A stretch of DNA of 35,091 nucleotides from a virus. Made by a program: the position numbers and the translations under genes. Positions 9,291-19,111 of the stretch are shown here, piece by piece. The DNA is taken from positions 1-35,091 of the IMG/VR virus record IMGVR_UViG_3300033463_000533; one strand, given 5' to 3'. Under the pieces are notes generated by a model. That model was not told the DNA's origin and did no database searches. It saw only the letters and a list, made by a program, of their open reading frames with translations. The number at the start of each line of letters is the position of its first letter. The stretch's first letter is position 1.

Positions 9291-9446
9291 TTGCTTTCTC
9301 CCTATCTAAATCTATTTTCACTTGTTCTAAAATTATCTGTTCAAGTGTACAATATTTGCACTTTTGTACTCCTTTAAAGTTTTCATCTTCTAATTTGTTG
9401 CATCCCGCAAGCAATCTTTACATATTCCTTCGATTTGCTTATACAT
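9280..9446 (-). CDS. Small zinc-ribbon-like protein with frame break at in-frame CGG (9405-9407)
   Basis: MYKQIEGICKDCL | GCNKLEDENFKGVQKCKYCTLEQIILEQVKIDLDREKANEV*; CxxC...CxxC spacing only if the frame changes at CGG. Confidence 0.6.
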
Positions 9447-9457
9447 ATCATCCCTCC

Positions 9458-9739
9458 TTATCTTCGACTATACTCTAATACATACTCCTGTTCTTCACGT
9501 TCTCTTATTTCTGTCATCTTTTTAGGTTTAAGCTCTGGATATTCTTTAAAAAATTGCCTTCTTTTTCTTGTTATACCTTCGAAACTTAAATTGCTAAATC
9601 TTATATCCATAAATTTACTTCCTGCTAATACTGGATCAAGTTTCTGTGCTACACGCATTATTAAGTAATTATCATTACTTCTTGCGTATTCATCTTCTAG
9701 TAATATTTCATATACTGTTTGTTTTATTTTCTTTCTCAT
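9458..9739 (-). CDS. Hypothetical phage protein
   Basis: ORF track; common small phage ORF layout. Confidence 0.5.
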   Translation of the reverse strand: MRKKIKQTVYEILLEDEYARSNDNYLIMRVAQKLDPVLAGSKFMDIRFSNLSFEGITRKRRQFFKEYPELKPKKMTEIREREEQEYVLEYSRR

Positions 9740-9743
9740 AAAT

Positions 9744-10305
9744 CTATCCTCCTTTGTAACTCATTAAATCTACAAATAATTTTTCTTGTTCTTCTAAACT
9801 TAATTTTTGATAATCTAAACTGTTTTTTATTTCTGATATTTTTTTTAGTTTTTGATTAAAATTTTCTGGCGGATTTTTTTTATATTTATTTAATAATAAT
9901 AAATAAATATTATTATTTATTATATTATTGTTTGTGTTCAACTCGTTGTTGGAATTGTTGTTCAATCCGTTGTTGCATAAATTGGTATGTTGCCCAATTC
10001 ACAATGGTTAGAGTTGTATATTTTGATGTGCAATGTCTTGTGCACATCGTTGTTGCTTCTAACTTCTTTAAAAATGCTCTTACTGTGTTTCTACTCCAAC
10101 CCCATTCATGCGATAATTTAACCTCTGATGTAATTAATTGACCTGCTTTTAATTTAATTATTTGATTGTCAAATTCAATTTCTTTATCTTGATAACTTGC
10201 TTTAAATAATAATGATAACCATGCTTCAAATTGGCTGAATTTTCTCTTTTGTTTCCAGAGCCAATGTTCTTGTATTTTTCTATATAAACTTATCCAGCCT
10301 TCCAT
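9744..10305 (-). CDS. Phage replisome organiser / replication initiation protein, recoded at CGG 9967-9969 (+1)
   Basis: MEGWISLYRKIQEHWLW...SWEWGWSRNTVRAFL-like N-terminal winged helix (actual LSHEWGWSRNTVRAFLKKLE) then ...YQFMQQ[C]GLNNNSNNELNTNNNIINNNIYLLLLNKYKKNPPENFNQKLKK...; length 3n+1. Confidence 0.82.
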
Positions 10306-10319
10306 AGTTTCTCCTTCCT

Positions 10320-10616
10320 TTAAATATAGCTTATGCCATATCTTTTTATAAAATCTTCTTTTGTTTTTCCGTAAAATTCTTGCCATCTTTTTTGTGCTAT
10401 TTTCTTCCATTTTTCGTTTAAATCTTTATCAAAATGTATTCCAGTACAACCATATTGGTTATGGTGGTATGATTCACATAATGGTATAACTAATCCATCT
10501 TCAATACTTAATCGTCTGTTTGCTGTTCCAAAAAATACTTCATGCTTATTTATTCCTGTTCTTCCACATTCAATACAATGTTCTAAATCATTTGTTATAA
10601 TACTATATCTTTTCAT
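10320..10616 (-). CDS. HNH-like / zinc-containing phage nuclease
   Basis: CIECGRTGINKHEVFFGTANR...GLVIPLCESYHHNQYGCTGIHFDKDLN. Confidence 0.75.
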   Translation of the reverse strand: MKRYSIITNDLEHCIECGRTGINKHEVFFGTANRRLSIEDGLVIPLCESYHHNQYGCTGIHFDKDLNEKWKKIAQKRWQEFYGKTKEDFIKRYGISYI

Positions 10617-10703
10617 ATTTACTCCTTTAGGGCAGACGTGGCACTAACTCAATAATTCCTTACTCATGTTTGTTTGTTTATCAAATTAATGCCACAAACT
10701 TAA

Positions 10704-11169
10704 TTACAACTCATATCGTATTGCTTCTATTTTCTTTTTTAAGGCATTTTGTTTTCCGTTCTATACTCTCGTATGCTTTTTTAAATCTAAATAGCTTACA
10801 ATTAATTTCTGCAAGTTTCTGGCTATCTTCTTTTACATATTCCTTTGCCATTGCTTCAAAATAACTCATAGCTGGTGCTTTTTCTGTTTGTGTTTCTTGC
10901 CATTGTTTACGTTGCATATATATTTGTTTGTTTTCAGTTATTGAAATATTGTTTTTAAGTTCATCATATTGTAATTGTAAACGTGCGATCATTTCGCCTA
11001 TTAAGTAATTCATATTTGAATATATTTCTATGTTCTTTGATATTTCAAATCCTGTATCTGTATTTTCTTGTAATGCTTTTTGTAAATTTGCGTATGTGTC
11101 TGCAATTTCTTTGCTATCTGCATTTTGAATTGTAAAAGGATTAAACATATATAACTTTTCAAAATCCAT
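10704..11169 (-). CDS. Coiled-coil hypothetical protein, probably recoded at CGG 10756-10758 (+1)
   Basis: ...YESIE[C]GKQNALKKKIEAIRYEL*; length 3n+1. Confidence 0.6.
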
Positions 11170-11170
11170 A

Positions 11171-11701
11171 TTATTCTCCTTTTTTATAAACAAAAACTCG
11201 CATGTTTGTTCTTGCATTTTTAATAGCTAAACCTGTTATTACTTTGTCTGTTATTTGTATTGCTTCTACATAAAATTTATCTTTGCAAGTATAAATCACA
11301 TTTCCATAATTATCTTTTCTTTTACTATCTTCTATTTTGCAATCTTCTGCTTTTATCCATATAAAAGGTGCTGTATACAGTTCCCTACCTATGCCCCAAT
11401 TAAAACCTGCTCTTTTAAAGCTGTCACTTGCTAGTCCTTTTTCTTTTTCTGTAAAGCTCTCTGTTCCAGTATCTTCTTTACTAATCCATTGTCCTTTTTC
11501 TTTATCCCAAATTTCAATAATACAATTTGCATTATCTCTTAAATGTTTTCTTTGCCAATTCATGTTTCCAACTGTTTCATCTAATATATCCATATCAACT
11601 CTGGCATCTTTATATAACAATAAACTTAAACCATTTTGTTTTACTTGTGCTATCCTGCAATCTATTTCATCGGCTTTTAAATCTCTAAAAAAATATTCCA
11701 T
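11171..11701 (-). CDS. Rad52/Sak-like ssDNA annealing protein
   Basis: ARVDMDILDETVGNMNWQRKH and KGLASDSFKRAGFNWGIGRELYTAPFIWI are typical of phage Rad52-like recombinases. Confidence 0.8.
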   Translation of the reverse strand: MEYFFRDLKADEIDCRIAQVKQNGLSLLLYKDARVDMDILDETVGNMNWQRKHLRDNANCIIEIWDKEKGQWISKEDTGTESFTEKEKGLASDSFKRAGFNWGIGRELYTAPFIWIKAEDCKIEDSKRKDNYGNVIYTCKDKFYVEAIQITDKVITGLAIKNARTNMRVFVYKKGE

Positions 11702-11709
11702 AATTCCTC

Positions 11710-12135
11710 CTAATTAATTTGTAAACTCGTATTTTGAGAATTTATTTTTACACCTTCAATTAATTCTCCTGTTTCTTTAAAATCGTTTATTATTTCTTTT
11801 TTATCCACTTGTATTGTTTGAATAAGTTTTTTATATTTGTTTGGTATTAAACTTTCGTCTATAATTTCAACACTTATAGGATTCTTTCTTATTGTCAATT
11901 TACCGCTTTCTGTTTCTATTTTTGAAATTTCATTTTCTTCTAATACCTGTTTTATTTTTTCTTTTAGTATTAAATATTGTACCTCTAAATACTTCCTTTT
12001 GCTTGATATTTCACGTTCTTGTGATTTTAATTTATATATTTCATCTTCTGTTGATAACAATATATTCATTAAATTATTTTGATTTTTTAAAACTAAATCT
12101 TTTATTTCTTCTTGTTCAATGCCTTGCATTTCCAT
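11710..12135 (-). CDS. Siphovirus Gp157-like protein
   Basis: Coiled N-terminus plus ESGKLTIRKNPISVEIIDESLIPNKYKK...DKKEIINDFKETGELIEGVKI. Confidence 0.85.
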   Translation of the reverse strand: MEMQGIEQEEIKDLVLKNQNNLMNILLSTEDEIYKLKSQEREISSKRKYLEVQYLILKEKIKQVLEENEISKIETESGKLTIRKNPISVEIIDESLIPNKYKKLIQTIQVDKKEIINDFKETGELIEGVKINSQNTSLQIN

Positions 12136-12137
12136 TA

Positions 12138-12341
12138 TTAATATTCCTCCATTTCTTCTTCATAAGCTGTTTGCAGTGGATCTAAAATCTTATAATCTAA
12201 TCCGTAACTATCTATTATTGCATAAGCTACTTCTAATGCTTCATCTGCTGTTAGTTCTACTTTTCCTTTGTGTGTATTTAAATAAATTTTATGGTTTAAA
12301 TCATACAATACTTTTGTTTCTAAAATTTCCACACTTGACAT
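12138..12341 (-). CDS. Small hypothetical protein
   Basis: ORF track. Confidence 0.45.
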   Translation of the reverse strand: MSSVEILETKVLYDLNHKIYLNTHKGKVELTADEALEVAYAIIDSYGLDYKILDPLQTAYEEEMEEY

Positions 12342-12413
12342 CTCCTTTTTTTCTTGCTATAATGTTATTGCAAGTATATTTTCTAGACTGCTTGACCTTT
12401 GTGTCGGCAGCCT

Positions 12414-12710
12414 TTATTTTTTTGTTGCTTTTGCAACTTTTTTCTTTGGTTTTTCTTCTGATTTCTTTGTTCTTGTCTTTTTAGTTTCTTTTAATTCCAT
12501 ATTAAATAATCTTATTCTGTAATCTGAGTTTTCATCTTCTAGGCTGTTTATAACTTCTTTTAAGCACTCTATTGTCATTCCTTGTTCTTTCATTACATCT
12601 CTTTGGTCGCCGATTAATTTGTCCCTGTTTTCTATTGCTATATATAAATTGTCTATTCTGTGATTTAATCTTTTAATTTCTTCGTCTTTATCATCTTTTC
12701 TAAAAAACAT
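12414..12710 (-). CDS. Coiled-coil protein with Lys-rich tail
   Basis: ORF track. Confidence 0.5.
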   Translation of the reverse strand: MFFRKDDKDEEIKRLNHRIDNLYIAIENRDKLIGDQRDVMKEQGMTIECLKEVINSLEDENSDYRIRLFNMELKETKKTRTKKSEEKPKKKVAKATKK

Positions 12711-12724
12711 ATTTCCACCTCCTA

Positions 12725-12823
12725 TCTACAAAAATATAAAATAAACATTAAATTCCACATTATAATAAATGGTGTGTATAAAAATACAACTCTTCTTAAT
12801 CTATACTTAAATTCTTTTTTCAT
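12725..12823 (-). CDS. 33-codon small membrane protein MKKEFKYRLRRVVFLYTPFIIMWNLMFILYFCR
   Basis: Manual translation; upstream GGAGG. Confidence 0.45.
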
Positions 12824-12826
12824 TTG

Positions 12827-13369
12827 TTAATCCTCCTTAAAACTAAATCTTACTTTTCTTTCAAAACTTGTTCCTTGTTGTGTATCAGAATATTGTGTTA
12901 ATCCTAAACAATCTCTTTTTACTGTATTAGGAGATACTCCCCAAAACTTTCCAGCTTGTCTATAGCTTCTAAATTCATGTCCTTTATTATCTTTAACTTC
13001 TTTTGCATTCCATCTTTTGAATTTTTTAACTAAAACACTTGCATTTGAATTTTCTTTTGCTGTTACCCATTCCAAATTACTGCTGGCATTATTACTCTTG
13101 TCAGAATCAATATGGTTTACATATATTTTTGTTTCTGGATTAGGATTCGGAATAAATGTTTCAGCAACAAGTCTATGAATGAAAAATTGTTTTATTTTTT
13201 TGTTTTTTGTTAATCCTACTCTGTAATATCCCCAAACTGTTGGCACTGGTTTTAATATTACTTCTTTATGTACATATCCAAATTGTAATTTTGTTGATTT
13301 AACTCTTCCTAAATTAGATATTTGATAATCTCCTTCGTAACCTTTAATGTCTTTCCAAACTTCTTTCAA
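12827..13369 (-). CDS. NUMOD4/HNH homing-type endonuclease
   Basis: EVWKDIKGYEGDYQISNLGRVKS (NUMOD4), HRLVAETFIPNPNPETKIYVNHIDSDKSNNASSNLEWVTAKEN (HNH). Probable TTG start at 13369 behind AAAGGGGG. Confidence 0.9.
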   Translation of the reverse strand: MKEVWKDIKGYEGDYQISNLGRVKSTKLQFGYVHKEVILKPVPTVWGYYRVGLTKNKKIKQFFIHRLVAETFIPNPNPETKIYVNHIDSDKSNNASSNLEWVTAKENSNASVLVKKFKRWNAKEVKDNKGHEFRSYRQAGKFWGVSPNTVKRDCLGLTQYSDTQQGTSFERKVRFSFKED

Positions 13370-13390
13370 GATTTCCCCCTTTCTCTTGCA

Positions 13391-13424
13391 TAAAAAAACA
13401 AGCAATCTTTTCGATTGCTTGTTT
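13391..13424 (-). terminator. Rho-independent terminator
   Basis: Minus strand AAACAAGCAATC-GAAAA-GATTGCTTGTTT followed by a T run; 12-bp stem. Confidence 0.8.
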
Positions 13425-13545
13425 AAATTATGACAAAATTATGTGAACAAATCTTAGATTTTGCGTAATGTAATATTTTTAAAAAACAAGCAATCTTCTT
13501 TTGATACCCCTATCTTATACCATTAAAATTTGCTTGTCAATACTT

Positions 13546-13887
13546 TTATGCAATTTTTTTAAAATAATTTTTATGAGATTTCCAAACCCTTCTCTTACTT
13601 GTGTTTGCGTGTTTTTCACAATTCTCAAAAACATCATATCCAGTTTTAAAATTTGATTTATTTTGCATTACTAATTTGTTATATAAATTCATTGCAATAT
13701 AATCTCTAGTCCATAGTTCGTCTCCGTCATCATGTTGTGAATATATATTATGAAATATAAACATATATGTTTCCATTCCCTTAATTAAAAGTTCAAGTTC
13801 ACATGGAATTAATTTAATATAAATATCATCAATTTTGTCATAATCAAGTTCATTCATATTAAAAACTTGCATTTTTACCTCCTTCAA
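13546..13887 (-). CDS. Hypothetical protein
   Basis: ORF track with upstream AAGGAGG. Confidence 0.5.
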   Translation of the reverse strand: MKEVKMQVFNMNELDYDKIDDIYIKLIPCELELLIKGMETYMFIFHNIYSQHDDGDELWTRDYIAMNLYNKLVMQNKSNFKTGYDVFENCEKHANTSKRRVWKSHKNYFKKIA

Positions 13888-13952
13888 ATTTATATTTTAG
13901 CACAAAAACAATATTATGTCAACTGAAAGAAGGCGAGAGAGTATTTTAGCCA

Positions 13953-13985
13953 TAAAAAATAAGCCTAGAGCAAATGCCCTAGGCT
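13953..13985 (-). terminator. Rho-independent terminator of the late operon
   Basis: Minus strand AGCCTAG GGCATTTGCT CTAGGCT TATTTTTTA, just downstream of the fibre gene. Confidence 0.8.
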
Positions 13986-14059
13986 GTAAGGTTTGCGGAC
14001 GCACGAAAATCGATTTTAAGCCGTTTTTATAATTTAGGAATATACTTATATGCCTTAAA

Positions 14060-17000
14060 TTAGCTGTTTATAAGATTATTTACCCAAATTTCTAAATCTT
14101 TATAATATCCAATCTCCATATTAGGATTTAAACTTGCTTCTGCTGTATAATGTGTTACTTCTTTGTAAGTGCCGTCTGATATTATTTCATCTATTACATT
14201 TTGTTGTTCTGTTGTATAAGGTACTATTTCTTCTGTCGTTCTAGCTCCGTATATCTCTAGCGGTGTGCTATTTAAAAATGATTTAATTTTATCTAGGGTT
14301 GTACTTCCTGTTTGACTATCTATTGTTGTTTTATTAATTTTGAATACCAAATTGTTATTTGTTAGATAATAGCTTTCTTCGTTAGCACTATAACTATAAT
14401 TAATTTTTTTCAAAATGTTACATTTTCCTTTTCCAGTTCTAGTAATGTTAGCCAAATTTGAAGTGGCAATTTGAAAAATGTAGGTATCAGTTGTTGAACC
14501 AATATAGCTACTTAAAGCAGTTGATGTTCCGTCATAAACCTCTTTTGTATTTAAGTTGTGTATTCCGTTTACTTCAGTCGCAGTATCTTCATATAATACT
14601 TGACCTTCAGAAAGAGGGAAGTTGTATGTTTTTTCTGCGTGTGGAATATAATCAGGCATTGTTTGAGCTGTATATTCTCCTTCTACTAATTGAATTTCTG
14701 TTAAATCTACTGTACCAGCATTTGTATTTGGATAACCTATATAATACCATATTCGATAATTTGTTCCTGTTCCTGTTTCAAAAGAAACAAAATCAGTCTT
14801 CAAATTAGTTGAAACTATGACAACATTATTATCTAAATCTTTAATTTGCCAACCCCAATTTTGATTTTCTGCTGATATACCCCAAACAGATTTACAACTT
14901 AATGTGTATTTTGTATTAGGTTTTAATTTTAAATCATTTCCTTGTGTTGAAACAGCATATCCATTTGTATTTGTTAATCTAATTCCATTTTCAATAACTG
15001 ATACTGTAAGACTTTCACTTATGCTATGTAAAAGCCAATTGTAATCTAATAAATTCTTGTTGCATTTCTTTATTTGTATACAACCATAAGGAACATAAGC
15101 TGGTAATGTTTGAGCTGTATATTCTCCTTCTAGCAACATAAGTTTCAATGTTCCAATTATTTCTGACATAGTTGTTCCACTCTTGTATAAAGACCATTTT
15201 AAATATTGTGTTGTAGCTCCTGTTGTCATAGTTAATAAATTTGCATTACCAGATGTTTCTTTTCTTGGACTTATAAAAGTTTTGTCTTTGTCATATTCAT
15301 ATAACCTTAATGTAATTTCTACATCAGAAGAAATTGTATATTTTGTATTTGGCTTTACTTTAATATATTCTGTACTTCTCCAAAGTGTTGAGCCATTAAC
15401 TAAATTTCCAGAAGTATCTATTCCACCTTCTTCACTATTTGCTTTGTTTAATTTATTTATTCCTTCTACATTTTTTATCTCTTGTGAATATGTTGGAGAT
15501 GGACTTGGAAGTCCACCGAGTATATCTTTCCCATTCATCTGTTGAATTTCTAACTATTCTAAAGTCTGTTAAAATACATTGTGCTGTTTCTCCAGAATTG
15601 TATCTATTGCCATACAAAATAACTGTACTGTCTAAAATTTCTTGTGTAATAGTTAATGATGTTCCATTATTCCAAGTTATTGCAGAGCCATCAAGATAAA
15701 TAAAATTGTTATAACTTGTACCTAAATTTCTTGTGAAAAATAGATATACTGTATCTCCTACTTGTAATTGAGGACACAAAGTTGAAAGATGCCTTCCTGT
15801 ACTAGTATAACCATTTCCTGATGTTAAAACCGCTATTTTTATTGTTTTTCCATTATCATCTGAAGTTATACTTGTTGAATTATTTTTGCTAATATCAAAT
15901 AATTGCTTTCCAGTTGTACTAAACTGCTCTGTCTTTCCCTTTAAAACAAATTTCTTTAATGGTAAATCAGCACTATCGTTCATTGTTGCTGGGTTTGTGT
16001 TTGTACTTCCTTTTGGGGTGTTTGCTAAAATACGATTTTGTCTTTCTATTACTTCATCTAATTGAGCTTGGGTTACTTCGCCATCTTCTCCATTTGTTAC
16101 TTCATAGGTTGTTGTTGTTCCATTTGTATATGTGATAGTATATGTATCTACTAAACCACTTGTACTTGTTTTAACTATACTTGCTATTCCATTTCCTGTA
16201 TCTCCCTGTGGTCCTTGAATACCTTGTATTCCCTGTGGTCCTTGTGGACCTTGTATACCTTGTGGTCCTTGCTCTCCTTGAATACCAGTCGCACCAGAAA
16301 AGTCAGTTATAAATATCCATTCTTCTTCGCCTCTTGTATAAAGTTTAGCATTATCTTCTACTTCTACTGTTGAAGCTATCATTACATAATCGCCAACTTG
16401 CATATTGTCAAAGTCTGCGTTCATTTCTGCAACACTTGAATAGGTTTTCTTAATTGTAAATGCCTCGCCTTGTGGTCCCATTGGTCCTTGTTCTCCGTTG
16501 TATTCCTTGCTCTCCTTGTGGTCCGTTGTGGTCCTACTGGTCCTTGTGGTCCTATTGGACCTTGTTCGCCATCATATATTTCAACACTTTCTTCTGTTCC
16601 ATCTTTTTTTGTAACAATTACAGTTGCTGTGTTATCTTCTTTGCTTAAACTAATATCCAAATTATCCATTTGATTAAGTTTTGCATTTGCTTGTTCTATC
16701 CACAACTCATAACCTTCTGGAGCTTCATTTACTGCATTTATTGAAGGTCTACATCTTAAATAAAATATATTGCTCTTAAATACTGGGATTTCTTCTTCGT
16801 TTGTTCCTTCTGTTATTACTAATTGGAATTGTATTTTCCCTTCTGTTTCTTCTTGATATATTGTTATAACATTCTTTACTGGTATTGTATATGTTTCATT
16901 TTCTTTTGTTAGTATTATATAATTCTTTGTTCCTTCTATTTCATACTCTAATCTAGCTTGACCATTTACAAATTCATCAAATGTAAACACTAAATTCTCT

Positions 17001-17089
17001 TGTAAGTTTTCGTGGTCATTTCCTAAATACACTTGACTTAATTCTACTTTTCTTGTTTTTTTCTCAATATTAATTATCATATCACTCAT
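14060..17089 (-). CDS. Collagen-like tail fibre/baseplate protein of about 1008 aa, recoded three times at CGG (16523, 16495, 15516)
   Basis: BppU-like N-terminus (DMIINIEKKTRKVELSQ), Gly-X-Y repeats; joining the three ORFs yields ...GPQGPVGPQGPQGEQGIQGEQGPMGPQGEAF... and ...DEWERYTGGLPSPSPTYSQEIKNVEG...; length 3n with three +1 events. Confidence 0.87.
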
Positions 17090-17110
17090 ATTTCTTTCCT
17101 CCTATAAAAA

Positions 17111-17132
17111 AGAGTTGCTTTATTGCAACCCT
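17111..17132 (-). terminator. Possible Rho-independent terminator
   Basis: Minus strand GGGTTGC AATAAA GCAACTC TTTTTTA. Confidence 0.6.
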
Positions 17133-17133
17133 T

Positions 17134-18043
17134 TTATCTATACCAATATATATTTATGTATGCTTCTTTTCCTGCTTTTGCTAAATTACCAGTTGCATCT
17201 GGAACATAAACCTTATCAACTTCTTCGCTCACATTTTGTACTATTTTTACTTTTGTTCCTTTTAGGTAATCATAGCTTGTTCCTGTTAAGTTTGGATTAC
17301 TCCATAGTTTTACATTAGCTTTTAAATATCTATATTCTCCTACTGTATTTCTTCCAACTGGTCTTTTGTCAGACAAGTATTGAGTAGATACCCAACCATC
17401 CATTGGACTGTCAATTTTGCTCCATCCTCCAGAATGGTCTATTACATTTACTTGTGTTCCTTTTTGTAGTTGTGCTATTACGTTTCCGTTTGGATTATCT
17501 CTTACGTTTAATGGTAATGAGTTTGTATTTACATACATTGTATTTGTTGTAGGTGTTTTCCAATGCACATCTCCTATTGCTGGATTTATAATACAACCTT
17601 GGAATTTATATCTGCTTGACATTCCCCATCTACCATTGTCATTAGTACGAATTGCATTATAAAAGGCACTTCCGCTATAAGCACTTTCAGAAGTATATAT
17701 TTTATTTCCACTATCTATACGTTCTACTATTGCAACGTGTCCGCAATTATTTGTTCCACCTTCCCAGCACATTATTCCGCCTAATACTGGATAACTAACA
17801 ACTTTTAAATTATAATCTCTTGGACCTCTTATAACAAATCCACTTGCATTACATGTCATTTGATATTCAATAATATCTTTTCCTATAATCTCTGCAAATC
17901 TTCCGTTTGCATATCCGTACACAGTTAGCTAATACATTTGCTCCTGCTTTTGTAGGTTTACCTTGTATTGCTCCATTCCATCCTCCACTTGATTGCATAA
18001 TATAATATTTGTTATTGTTTGGGCATACTGTTCTAATCTGCAT
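17134..18043 (-). CDS. Endolysin, CHAP-type with C-terminal SH3-like repeats, recoded at CGG 17915-17917 (+1)
   Basis: MQIRTVCPNNNKYYIMQSSGGWNGAIQGKPTKAGANVLANCV[C]GYANGRFAEIIG...NCGHVAIVERI; SH3 repeats at C-terminus; length 3n+1. Confidence 0.88.
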
Positions 18044-18118
18044 TTTCAACAACTCCTTCCTCTACTAAATTTTCAATAGTATCTTCATTTACTAATGTTT
18101 GTAATTCTTTATCTTCCA

Positions 18119-18376
18119 TTACTCCTCATCTCCTTTAAATAATTTTAAATTGTGTACTAAATCATAAACTCCACCAGCAAACAATCCGCTTACTGCTATT
18201 GAAGCCTTAAAGTCTTTAGTAATTATCCAATTAAATATTGCTATTAGTATTCCTATTACTAAGTTTTGAATAGGAATTACTTTCTTTTTGTCTATGTTTG
18301 GATATTGTTTAATTATTTGTCCTGCTATTAATGTTACAAATACTGTAATAACTTCTGTAAAATAATTAATTAGCAT
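18119..18376 (-). CDS. Holin (phage small-hydrophobic family)
   Basis: MLINYFTEVITVFVTLIAGQIIKQYPNIDKKKVIPIQNLVIGILIAIFNWIITKDF...; next to endolysin. Confidence 0.75.
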   Translation of the reverse strand: MLINYFTEVITVFVTLIAGQIIKQYPNIDKKKVIPIQNLVIGILIAIFNWIITKDFKASIAVSGLFAGGVYDLVHNLKLFKGDEE

Positions 18377-18409
18377 ATTTTCTCCTTTCCAAAAAATAAA
18401 GAAGTGTTT

Positions 18410-18727
18410 TTACACTCCTTTACTTCTTAAATATAAATCTACTACACGATTTATTGAATCATTGCTTAATGCAGTTAATTCGCATAAATCTTCATAGTCA
18501 AATATTTCTTCTCCGTCTTGATTAGTATGTCCGTTTTCATACAACCAAACGTGCATAAGTTCATGTTTTAACGTAAGTAGCATTTGCTCTGGTGTATTAT
18601 ATTCAATAAATATGTCTGTTGTTATATAATCTGACCTTCCTACATAACTTTTTAAGCCGTCAATTTTATCTACATCATAAATTGTATAAACTTTATTGTT
18701 TATAGTAAAACTGCATATTTCTTTCAT
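18410..18727 (-). CDS. Zincin-like metallopeptidase-fold protein (HELMHVWLYENGH)
   Basis: HExxH-type motif KHELMHVWLYENGHTN. Confidence 0.7.
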   Translation of the reverse strand: MKEICSFTINNKVYTIYDVDKIDGLKSYVGRSDYITTDIFIEYNTPEQMLLTLKHELMHVWLYENGHTNQDGEEIFDYEDLCELTALSNDSINRVVDLYLRSKGV

Positions 18728-18728
18728 T

Positions 18729-19097
18729 TTATTTGTCCATCATTTGTTTTAAGTGATGATAGTTTTCTTTTTCAGCCTGTGCTACTTTCATTATTACATT
18801 TTTTTCTTGTGGATTTGTTACCATTTCAGATATATCTTCTAAAGTTCTGTAACCTTCTCTCATATCTTCAACAGCCATTTCTAATTCTTCATAATAGTCA
18901 CCACGATAATTTCTATAACTTCTGTTGTTTATTTTTCCACCTCTGCGATCATATTCTCTTGTTCTATAATCTTCTCTGTAATCATCTCTGTAATTTCCGC
19001 TATCTCTATAATTTCTATAATCACGATAACTTCTATATCCATGTTCCGCTTCATCGTAGTATCTATTATCATAATCTCTAGTGTTCATTTCGTTCAT
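18729..19097 (-). CDS. Tyr/Arg/Asp-rich protein with helical C-terminus
   Basis: RDYRNYRDSGNYRDDYREDYRTREYDRR tract. Confidence 0.55.
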   Translation of the reverse strand: MNEMNTRDYDNRYYDEAEHGYRSYRDYRNYRDSGNYRDDYREDYRTREYDRRGGKINNRSYRNYRGDYYEELEMAVEDMREGYRTLEDISEMVTNPQEKNVIMKVAQAEKENYHHLKQMMDK

Positions 19098-19111
19098 ATT
19101 AGCTCTCCTTT

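Noticed and set aside
16195-16320. Regular short repeats (ccttgtggtcct...) that could look like a CRISPR or minisatellite
   Set aside because: They encode Gly-X-Y collagen-like repeats of the fibre protein; no spacers of constant length.
16480-16530. Random sequencing errors or pseudogenisation as an explanation for the frame breaks
   Set aside because: Not fully excluded without reads, but 14 breaks share one form (an added C creating an in-frame CGG before a Gly codon), there is no in-frame CGG elsewhere, and essential structural genes are affected in a complete genome.
14060-17089. Diversity-generating retroelement acting on the fibre gene
   Set aside because: No reverse transcriptase and no template/variable repeat pair seen.
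17903-17905. Second CGG near the endolysin break (AAC GGA)
   Set aside because: It is out of phase in the restored frame (N-G), so it is not a recoding site.
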